DNA from: the human T2T-CHM13v2.0 reference genome, Homo sapiens
Reading direction: 5' to 3' (one strand)
DNA length: 64,000 nt
Assembly (NCBI RefSeq): GCF_009914755.1
Contig: NC_060925.1
Shown here: positions 1 through 10,700 of the stretch, one piece after another
Layout: every line of letters starts with the position of its first letter
Numbering within the stretch: position 1 is the stretch's first letter
The notes under the pieces: model-generated
Seen by the model: only the letters and a program-made list of their open reading frames with translations
Database searches by the model: none
What the model was told of the DNA's origin: nothing
Translations under genes and position numbers: made by a program

Positions 1-36
1 TGGAAACGGGATTTCTTCATATTCTGCTAGACAGAA

Positions 37-42
37 GAATTC
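37..42. other. EcoRI site defining the classical 340-bp alphoid dimer (first copy)
   Basis: GAATTC in GACAGAAGAATTCTCAG recurs at 377, 1057, 1397 and onward. It is lost in GAATAATTC variants (e.g. ~717, ~2077). Confidence 0.9.
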
Positions 43-68
43 TCAGTAACTTCCTTGTGTAGTGTGTA

Positions 69-87
69 TTCAACTCACAGAGTTGAA
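69..87. other. Short dyad symmetry (8-bp stem, 3-nt loop) repeated once per dimer
   Basis: TTCAACTC-ACA-GAGTTGAA: the arms are exact reverse complements. The partner monomer has a one-mismatch version, GTTCAACTC-ACA-GAGTTTAAC. Confidence 0.8.
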
Positions 88-163
88 CGATCCTTTACAC
101 AGAGCAGACTTGAAACACTCTTTTTGTGGAATTTGCAAGTGGAGATTTCAGCCGCTTTGAGGT

Positions 164-180
164 CAATGGTAGAAAAGGAA
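164..180 (+). promoter_or_regulatory. A-box / pJalpha-like site at the box-equivalent position of the alternate (A-type) monomer; recurs once per dimer
   Basis: CAATGGTAGAAAAGGAA lies 171 bp upstream of the CENP-B box at 335, giving the A/B monomer alternation typical of SF1. Confidence 0.75.
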
Positions 181-334
181 ATATCTTCGTATAAAGACTA
201 GACAGAATGATTCTCAGAAACTCCTTTGTGATGTGTGCGTTCAACTCACAGAGTTTAACCTTTCTTTTCATAGAGCAGTTAGGAAACACTCTGTTTGTAA
301 AGTCTGCAAGTGGATATTGAGACCTCTTTGAGGC

Positions 335-351
335 CTTCGTTGGAAACGGGA
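335..351 (+). promoter_or_regulatory. CENP-B box (first complete copy; recurs every 339-341 bp to the window end, roughly 85% with the essential core intact)
   Basis: CTTCGTTGGAAACGGGA matches the 17-bp CENP-B box, whose core is nTTCGnnnnAnnCGGGn. Positions 1-11 hold the 3' part of the previous box. A-dimer copies end CGGGT with the core still intact. Confidence 0.97.
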
Positions 352-1056
352 TTTCTTCATATTCTGTTACACAGAAGAATTCTCAGTAACTTCCTTGTGT
401 TGTGTGTATTCAACTCACAGAGTTGAACGATCCTTTACACAGAGCAGACTTGAAACACTCTTTTTGTAGAATTTGCAAGTGGAGATTTCAGCCGCTTTGA
501 GGTCAATAGTGGAAAAGGAAATATCTTCGTAGAAAAACTAGACAGAATGATTCTCAGAAACTCCTTTGTGATGTGTGTGTTCAACTCACAGAGTTTAACC
601 TTTCTTTTCATAGAGCAGTTAGTAAACACTCTGTTTGTAAAGTCTGAAAGTGGATATTCAGACCCCTTTGAGGCCTTCGTTGGAAAAGGGATTTCTTCAT
701 ATTATGCTAGACAGAATAATTCTCAGTAACTTCCTTGTGTTGTGTGTATTCAACTCACAGAGTTGAACGATCCTTTACAGAGAGCAGACTTGAAACACTC
801 TTTTTGTGGAATTTGCAAGTGGAGATTTCAGCCGCTTTGAGGTCAATGGTAGAATAGGAAATATCTTCCTATAGAAACTAGACAGAATCATTCTCATAAA
901 CTCCTTTGTGATGTGTGCGTTCAACTCACAGAGTTTAACCTTTCTTTTCATAGAGCAGTTAGGAAACACTCTGTTTGTAAAGTCTGCAAGTGGATATTCA
1001 GACCCCTTTGAGGCCTTCGTTGGAAACGGGATTTCTTCATATTCTGCTAGACAGAA

Positions 1057-1735
1057 GAATTCTCAGTAACTTCCTTGTGTTGTGTGTATTCAACTGACAG
1101 AGTTGAACTTTCATTTAGAGAGAGCAGATTTGAAACACTGTTTTTGTGGAATTTGCAAGTGGAGATTTCAAGCGCTTTGGGGCCAAAGGCAGAAAAGGAA
1201 ATATCTTCGTATAAAAACTAGACAGAATCATTCTCAGAAACTGCTGCGTGATGTGTGCGTTCAACTCTCAGAGTTTAGCTTTTCTTTTCATTCAGCGGTT
1301 TGGAAACACTCTGTTTGTAAAGTCTGCACGTGGATATTTTGACCACTTAGAGGCCTTCGTTGGAAACGGGTTTTTTGCATGTAAGGCTAGACAGAAGAAT
1401 TCCCAGTAACTTCCTTGTGTTGTGTGCATTCCACTCACAGAGTTGAACGTTCCTTTAGACAGAGCAGATTTGAAACACTCTATTTGTGCAATTTGCAAGT
1501 GTAGATTTCAAGCGCTTTAAGGTCAATGGCAGAAAAGGAAATATCTTCGTTTCAAAACTAGACAGAATCATTCCCACAAACTGCGTTGTGATGTGTTCGT
1601 TCAACTCGCAGAGTTTAACCTTTCTGTTCATAGAGCAGTTAGGAAACACTCTGTTTGTAAAGTCTGTAAGTGGATATTCTGACATTTTGTGGCCTTCGTT
1701 GGAAATGGGATTTCTTCATATTCTCCTATACAGAA
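1057..1735 (+). repeat. Diverged 4-monomer HOR anchor block (dimers A+B), first of 32 copies
   Basis: Dimer A markers: CAACTGACAG, AACTTTCATTTAGAG, GCTTTGGGGCCAAAGGC, CTGCTGCGTG, CATTCAGCGG, GACCACTTAG. Dimer B markers: TATTTGTGCA, TTCCCACAAACTGCG, TCTGTAAG, GACATCTTGTGG (GACATTTTGTGG in this copy). The MCIQLT(E/D)L..HLER pseudo-ORF marks each copy: 1082, 3122, 6181, 8900, 11619, 14339, 15358, 17397, 19777, 21816, 24873, 25894, 27253, 28271, 31668, 32689, 36086, 37785, 39143, 40161, 42200, 44238, 45259, 47297, 48318, 50696, 52395, 54774, 56813, 58852, 60892, 62931. Confidence 0.93.
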
Positions 1736-4700
1736 GAATTCTCAGTAACTTCCTTGTGTTGTGTGTATTCAACTAACAGAGTTGAACGATCCTTTACACA
1801 GAGCAGACTTGAAACACTCTTTTTGTGGAATTTGCAAGTGGAGATTTCAGCCGCTTTGAGGTCAATGGTAGAAAAGGAAACTATGTTCGTATAAAGACTA
1901 GACAGAATGATTCTCAGAAACTCCTTTGTGATGTGTGCGTTCAACTCACAGAGTTTAACTTTTCTTTTCATAGAGCAGTTAGGAAACACTCTGTTTGTAA
2001 AGTCTGCAAGTGGATATTCAGACCTCTTTGAGGCCTTCGTTGGAAACGGGATTTCTTCATATTATGCTAGACAGAATAATTCTCAGTAACTTCCTTGTGT
2101 TGTGTGTATTCAACTCACAGAGTTGAACGATCCTTTACACAGAGCAGACTTGAAACACTCTTTTTGTGGAATTTGGAAGTGGAGATTTCAGCCGCTTTGA
2201 GCTCAATGGTAGAATAGGAAATATCTTCCTATAGAAACTAGACAGAATGATTCTCATAAACTCCTTTGTGATGTGTGCATTCAACTCACAGAGTTTAACC
2301 TTTCTTTTCATAGAGCAGTTAGGAAACACTCTGTTTGTAAAGTATGCAAGTGGATATTCAGACCTGCTTGAGGCCTTCGTTGGAAACGGGATTTCTTCAT
2401 ATTATGCTAGACAGAATAATTCTCAGTAACTTCCTTGTGTTGTGTGTATTCAACTCACAGAGTTGAACGACGCTTTACAGAGAGCAGACTTGAAACACTC
2501 TTTTTGTGGAATTTGCAAGTGGAGATTTCAGCCGCTTGAGGTCAATGGTAGAAAAGGAAACTATCTTCGTATAAAGACTAGACAGAACGATTCTCAGAAA
2601 ATCCTTTGTGATGTGTGCGTTCAACTCACAGATTTTAACTTTTCTTTTCATAGAGCAGTTAGGAAACACTCTGTTTGTAAAGTCTGCAAGTGGATATTCA
2701 GACCTCTTTGAGGCCTTCGTTGGAAACGGGATTTCTTCATATTCTGCTAGACAGAAGAATTCTCAGTAACTTCCTTGTGTTGTGTGTATTCAACTCACAG
2801 AGTTGAACCATCCTTTACACAGAGCAGTCTTGAAACACTCTTTTTGTGGAATTTGCAAGTGGAGATTTCAGCCGCTTTGAGGTCAATAGTAGAAAAGGAA
2901 ATATCTTCGTAGAAAAACTAGACAGAATGATTCTCAGAAACTCCTTTGTGATGTGTGTGTTCAACTCACAGAGGTTAACCTTTCTTTTCATAGAGCAGTT
3001 AGTAAACACTCTGTTTATAAAGTCTGCAAGTGGATATTCAGACCCCTTTGAGGCCTTCGTTGGAAACGGGATTTCTTCATATTATGCTAGACAGAAGAAT
3101 TCTCAGTAACTTCCTTGTGTTGTGTGTATTCAACTGACAGAGTTGAACTTTCATTTAGAGAGAGCAGATTTGAAACACTGTTTTTGTGGAATTTGCAAGT
3201 GGAGATTTCAAGCGCTTTGGGGCCAAAGGCAGAAAAGGAAATATCTTCGTATGAAAACTAGACAGAATCATTCTCAGAAGCTGCTGCGTGATGTGTGCGT
3301 TCAACTCTCAGAGTTTAACTTTTCTTTTCATTCAGCGGTTTGGAAACACTCTGTTTGTGAAGTCTGCACGTGGATATTTTGACCACTTAGAGGCTTTCGT
3401 TGGAAACGGGTTTTTTGCATGTAAGGCTAGACAGAAGAATTCCCAGTAACTTCCTTGTGTTGTGTGCATTCAACTCAGAGAGTTGAACTTTCCTTTAGAC
3501 AGAGCAGATTTGAAACACTCTATTTGTGCAATTTGCAAGTGTAGATTTCAAGCGCTTTAAGGTCAATGGCAGAAAAGGAAATATCTTCGTTTCAAAACTA
3601 GACAGAATCATTCCCACAAACTGCGTTGTGATGTGTTCGTTCAACTCACAGAGTTTAACCTTTCTGTTCATAGAGCAGTTAGGAAACACTCTGTTTGTAA
3701 AGTCTGTAAGTGGATATTCTGACATCTTGTGGCCTTCGTTGGAAACGGGATTTCTTCATATTCTGCTAGACAGAAGAATTCTCAGTAACTTCCTTGTGTT
3801 GTGTGTATTCAACTCACAGAGTTGAACGATCATTTACACAGAGCAGACTTGAAACACTCTTTTTGTGGAATTTGCAAGTGGAGATTTCAGCCGTTTGAGG
3901 TCAACGGTAGAATAGGAAATATCTTCCTATAGAAACTAGACAGAATGATTCTCATAAACTCCTTTGTGATGTGTGCTTTCAACTCACAGAGTTTAACCTT
4001 TCTTTTCATAGAGCAGTTAGGAAACACTCTGTTTGTAAAGTCTGCAAGTGGATATTCAGACCTCCTTGAGGCCTTCTTTGGAAACGGGATTTCTTCATAT
4101 TCTGATAGACAGAAGAATTCTCAGTAACTTCCTTGTGTTGTGTGTATTCAACTCACAGAGTTGAACGATCCTTTACACAGAGCAGACTTGAAACACTCTT
4201 TTTGTGGAATTTGCAAGTGGAGATTTCAGCCGCTTTGAGGTCAATGGTAGAAAAGGAAACTATGTTCGTATAAAGACTAGACAGAATGATTCTCAGAAAC
4301 TCCTTTGTGATGTGTGCGTTCAACTCACAGAGTTTAACTTTTCTTTTCATAGAGCAGTTAGGAAATACTCTGTTTGTAAAGTCTGCAAGTGGATATTCAG
4401 ACCTCTTTGAGGCCTTCGTTGGAAACGGGATTTCTTCATATTATGCTAGACAGAATAATTCTCAGTAACTTCCTTGTGTTGTGTGTATTCAACTCACAGA
4501 GTTGAACGATCCTTTACACAGAGCAGACTTGAAACACTCTTTTTGTGGAATTTGCAAGTGGAGATTTCAGCCGCTTTGAGCTCAATGGTAGAATAGGAAT
4601 TATCTTCCTATAGAAACTAGACAGAATGATTCTCATAAACTCCTTTGTGATGTGTGCGTTCAACTCACAGAGTTTAACCTTTCTTTTCATAGAGCAGTTA

Positions 4701-7700
4701 GGAAACACTCTGTTTGTAAAGTATGCAAGTGGATATTCAGACCTGCTTGAGGCCTTCGTTGGAAACGGGATTTCTTCATATTATGCTAGACAGAATAATT
4801 CTCAGTTACTTCCTTGTGTTGTGTGTATTCAACTCACAGAGTTGAACGACGCTTTACAGAGAGCAGACTTGAAATACTCTTTTTGTGGAATTTGCAAGTG
4901 GAGATTTCAGCCGCTTGAGGTCAATGGTAGAAGAGGAAACTATCTTCGTATAAAGACTAGACAGAATGATTCTCAGAAAATCCTTTGTGATGTGTGCGTT
5001 CAACTCACAGAGTTTAACTTTGCTTTTCATAGAGCAGTTAGGAAACACTCTGTTTGTAAAGTCTGCAAGTGGATATTCAGACCTCTTTGAGGCCTTCGTT
5101 GGAAACGGGATTTCTTCATATTCTGCTAGACAGAAGAATTCTCAGTAACTTCCTTGTTTTGTGTGTATTCAACTCACAGAGTTGAACCATCCTTTACACA
5201 GAGCAGACTTGAAACACTCTTTTTGTGGAATTTGCAAGTGGAGATTTCAGCCGCTTTGAGCTCAATGGTAGAATAGGAAATATCTTCCTATAGAAACTAG
5301 ACAGAATGATTCTCATAAACTCCTTTGTGATGTGTGCGTTCAAATCACAGAGTTTAACCTTTCTTTTCATAGAGCAGTTAGGAAACACTCTGTTTGTAAA
5401 GTATGCAAGTGGATATTCAGACCTGCTTGAGGCCTTCTTTGGAAACGGGATTTCTTCATATTATGCTACGCAGAATAATTCTCAGTAACTTCCTTGTGTT
5501 GTGTGTATTCAACTCACAGAGTTGAACGACGCTTTACAGAGAGCAGACTTGAAACACTGTTTTTGTGGAATTTGCAAGTGGAGATTTCAGCCGCTTGAGG
5601 TCAATGGTAGAAAAGGAAACTATCTTCGTATAAAGACTAGACAGAATGATTCTCAGAAAATCCTTTGTGATGTGTGCGTTCAACTCACAGAGTTTAACTT
5701 TTCTTTTCATAGAGCAGTTAGGAAACACTCTGTTTGTAAAGTCTGCAAGTGGATATTCAGACCTCTTTGAGGCCTTCGTTGGAAACGGGATTTCTTCATA
5801 TTCTGCTAGACAGAAGAATTCTCAGTAACTTCCTTGTGTTGTGTGTATTCTACTCACAGAGTTGAACGATCCTTTACACAGAGCAGTCTTGAAACACTCT
5901 TTTTGTGGAATTTGCAAGTGGAGATTTCAGCCGCTTTGAGGTCAATAGTAGAAAAGGAAATATCTTCGTAGAAAAACTAGACAGAATGATTCTCAGAAAC
6001 TCCTTTGTGATGTGTGTGTTCAACTCACAGAGGTTAACCTTTCTTTTCATAGAGCAGTTAGTAAATACTCTGTTTATAAAGTCTGCAAGTGGATATTCAG
6101 ACCCCTTTGAGGCCTTCGTTGGAAACGGGATTTCTTCATATTATGCTAGACAGAAGAATTCTCAGTAACTTCCTTGTGTTGTGTGTATTCAACTGACAGA
6201 GTTGAACTTTCATTTAGAGAGAGCAGATTTGAAACACTGTTTTTGTGGAATTTGCAAGTGGAGATTTCAAGCGCTTTGGGGCCAAAGGCAGAAAAGGAAA
6301 TATCTTCCTATGAAAACTAGACAGAATCATTCTCCGAAGCTGCTGCGTGATGTGTGCGTTCAACTCTCAGAGTTTAACTTTTCTTTTCATTCAGCGGTTT
6401 GGAAACACTCTGTTTGTGAAGTCTGCACGTGGATATTTTGACCACTTAGAGGCCTTCGTTGGAAACGGGTTTTTTGCATGTAAGGCTAGACAGAAGAATT
6501 CCCAGTAACTTCCTTGTGTTGTGTGCATTCAACTCACAGAGTTGAACGTTCCCTTAGACAGAGCAGATTTGAAACACTCTATTTGTGCAATTTGCAAGTG
6601 TAGATTTCAAGCGCTTTAAGGTCAATGGCAGAAAAGGAAATATCTTCGTTTCAAAACTAGACAGAATCATTCCCACAAACTGCGTTGTGATTGTTCGTTC
6701 AACTCACAGAGTTTAACCTTTCTGTTCATAGAGCAGTTAGGAAACACTCTGTTTGTAAAGTCTGTAAGTGGATATTCTGACATCTTGTGGCCTTCGTTGG
6801 AAACGGGATTTCTTCATATTCTGCTAGACAGAAGAATTCTCAGTAACTTCCTTGTGTTGTGTGTATTCAACTCACAGAGTTGAACGATCCTTTACACAGA
6901 GCAGACTTGAAACACTCTTTTTGTGGAATTTGCAAGTGGAGATTTCAGCCGCTTTGAGGTCAACGGTAGAATAGGAAATATCTTCCTATAGAAACTAGAC
7001 AGAGTGATTCTCATAAACTCCTTTGTGATGTGTGCGTTCAACTCACAGAGTTTAACCTTTCTTTTCATAGAGCAGTTAGGAAACACTCTGTTTGTAAAGT
7101 CTGCAAGTGGATATTCAGACCTCCTTGAGGCCTTCTTTGGAAACGGGATTTCTTCATATTCTGATAGACAGAAGAATTCTCAGTAACTTCCTTGTGTTGT
7201 GTGTATTCAACTCACAGAGTTGAACGATCCTTTACACAGAGCAGACTTGAAACACACTTTTTGTGGAATTTGCAAGTGGAGATTTCAGCCGCTTTGAGGT
7301 CAATGGTAGAAAAGGAAACTATGTTCGTATAAAGAGTAGACAGAATGATTCTCAGAAAATCCTTTGTGATGTGTGCGTTCAACTCACAGAGTTTAACTTT
7401 TCTTTTCATAGAGCAGTTAGGAAACACTCTGTTTGTAAAGTCTGCAAGTGGATATTCAGACCTCTTTGAGGCCTTCGTTGGAAACGGGATTTCTTCATAT
7501 TATGCTAGACAGAATAATTCTCAGTAACTTCCTTGTGTTGTGTGTATTCAACTCACAGAGTTGAACGATCATTTACACAGAGCAGACTTGAAACACTCTT
7601 TTTGTGGAATTTGCAAGTGGAGATTTCAGCCGCTTTGAGCTCAATGGTAGAATAGGAAATATCTTCCTATAGAAAATAGACAGAATGATTCTCAGAAACT

Positions 7701-10700
7701 CCTTTGTGATGTGTGCGTTCAACTCACAGAGTTTAACCTTTCTTTTCATAGAGCAGTTAGGAAACACTCTGTTTGTAAAGTATGCAAGTGGATATTCAGA
7801 CCTGTTTGAGGCCTTCGTTGGAAACGGGATTTCTTCATATTATGCTAGACAGAATAATTCTCAGTAACTTCCTTGTGTTGTGTGTATTCAACTCACAGAG
7901 TTGAACGACGCTTTACAGAGAGCAGACTTGAAACACTCTTTTTGTGGAATTTGCAAGTGGAGATTTCAGCCGCTTGAGGTCAATGGTAGAAAAGGAAACT
8001 ATCTTCGTATAAAGACTAGACAGAATGATTCTCAGAAAATCCTTTGTGATGTGTGCGTTCAACTCACAGAGTTTAACATTTCTTTTCATAGAGCAGTTAG
8101 GAAACACTCTGTTTGTAAAGTCTGCAAGTGGATATTCAGACCTCTTTGAGGCCTTCTTTGGAAACGGGATTTCTTCATATTCTGCTAGACAGAAGAATTC
8201 TCAGTAACTTCCTTGTGTTGTGTGTATTCAACTCACAGAGTGGAACGATCCTTTACACAGAGCAGACTTGAAACACTCTTTTTGTGGAATTTGCAAGTGG
8301 AGATTTCAGCCGCTTTGAGGTCAATAGTGGAAAAGGAAATATCTTCGTAGAAAAACTAGACAGAATTATTCTCAGAAACTCCTTTGTGATGTGTGTGTTC
8401 AACTCACAGAGTTTAACCTTTCTTTTCATAGAGCAGTTAGTAAACACTCTGTTTATAAAGTCTGCAAGTGGATATTCAGACCCCTTTGAGGCCTTCGTTG
8501 GAAACGGGATTTCTTCATATTATGCTAGACAGAAGAATTCTCAGTAACTTCCTTGCGTTGTGTGTATTCAACTCACAGAGTTGAACGATCTTTTACAGAG
8601 AGCAGACTTGAAACACTCTTTTTGTGGAATTTGCAAGTGGAGATTTCAGCCGCTTTGAGGTCAATGGTAGAATAGGAAATATCTTCCTATAGAAACTAGA
8701 CAGAATGATTCTCATAAACTCCTTTGTGATGTGTGCGTTCAACTCACAGAGTTTAACCTTTCTTTTCATAGAGCAGTTAGGAAACACTCTGTTTGTAAAG
8801 TCTGCAAGTGGATATTCAGACCTCTTTGAGGCCTTCGTTGGAAACGGGATTTCTTCATATTCTGCTAGACAGAAGAATTCTCAGTAACTTCCTTGTGTTG
8901 TGTGTATTCAACTGACAGAGTTGAACTTTCATTTAGAGAGAGCAGATTTGAAACACTGTTTTTGTGGAATTTGCAAGTGGAGATTTCAAGCGCTTTGGGG
9001 CCAAAGGCAGAAAAGGAAATATCTTCGTATAAAAGCTAGACAGAATCATTCTCAGAAACTGCTGCATGATGTGTGCGTTCAACTCTCAGAGTTTAACTTT
9101 TCTTTTCATTCAGCGGTTTGGAAACACTCTGTTTGTAAAGTCTGCACGTGGATATTTTGACCACTTAGAGGCCTTCGTTGGAAACGGGTTTTTTTCATGT
9201 AAGGCTAGACAGAAGAATTCCCAGTAACTTCCTTCTGTTGTGTGCATTCCACTCACAGAGTTGAACGTTCCCTTAGACAGAGCAGAGTTGAAACACTCTA
9301 TTTGTGCAATTTGCAAGTGTAGATTTCAAGCGCTTTAAGGTCAATGGCAGAAAAGGAAATATCTTCGTTTCAAAACTAGACAGAATCATTCCCACAAACT
9401 GCGTTGTGATGTGTTCGTTCAACTCACAGAGTTTAACCTTTCTGTTCATAGAGCAGTTAGGAAACACTCTGTTTGTAAAGTCTGTAAGTGGATATTCTGA
9501 CATCTTGTGGCCTTCGTTGGAAACGGGATTTCTTCATATTCTGCTAGACAGAAGAATTCTCAGTAACTTCCTTGTGTTGTGTGTATTCAACTCACAGAGT
9601 TGAACGATCCTTTACACAGAGCAGACTTGAAACACACTTTTTGTGGAATTTGCAAGTGGAGATTTCAGCCGCTTTGAGGTCAATGGTAGAAAAGGAAATA
9701 TCTTCGTATAAAGACTAGACAGAATGATTCTCAGAAACTCCTTTGTGATGTGTGCGTTCAACTCACAGAGTTTAACTTTTCTTTTCATAGAGCAGTTAGG
9801 AAACACTCTGTTTGTAAAGTCTGCAAGTGGATATTCAGACCTCTTTGAGGCCTTCGTTGGAAACGGGATTTCTTCATATTCTGCTAGACAAAAGAATTCT
9901 CAGTAACTTCCTTGTGTTCTGTGTATTCAACTCACAGAGTTGAACCATCCTTTACACAGAGCAGACTTGAAACACTCTTTTTGTGGAATTTGCAAGTGGA
10001 GATTTCAGCCGCTTTGAGGTCAATGGTAGAAAAGGAAATATCTTCGTATAAAGACTAGACAGAATGATTCTCATAAACTCCTTTGTGATGTGTGCGTTCA
10101 ATTCACAGAGTTTAACCTTTCTTTTCATAGAGCAGTTAGGAAACACTCTGTTTGTAAAGTCTGCAAGTGGATATTCAGACCTCCTTGAGGCCTTCGTTGG
10201 AAAAGGGATTTCTTCATATTCTGCTAGACAGAAGAATTCTCAGTAACTTCTTTGTGTTGTGTGTATTCAACTCACAGAGTTGAACGATCCTTTACACAGA
10301 GCAGACTTGAAACACTCTTTTTGTGGAATTTGCAAGTGGAGATTACAGCCGCTTTGAGGTCAATGGTAAAAAAGGAAACTATCTTCGTATAAAGACTAGA
10401 CAGAATGATTCTCAGAAAATCCTTTGTGATGTGTGCGTTCAACTCACAGAGTTTAACCTTTCTTTTCATAGAGCAGTTAGGAAACACTCTGTTTGTAAAG
10501 TCTGCAAGTGGATATTCAGACCTCTTGAGGCCTTCGTTGGAAACGGGATTTCTTCATATTCTGCTAGACAGAAGAATTCTCAGTAACTTCCTTGTGTTGT
10601 GTGTATTCAACTCACAGAGTTGAACGATCCTTTACAGAGAGCAGACTTGAAACACTCTTTTTGTGGAATTTGCAAGTGGAGATTTCAGCCGCTTTGAGGT

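Noticed and set aside
4626-5090. Longest ORF (154 aa)
   Set aside because: It results from a single TAA>TTA change (~4807) that joins two repeat-derived frames. There is no evidence of coding function.
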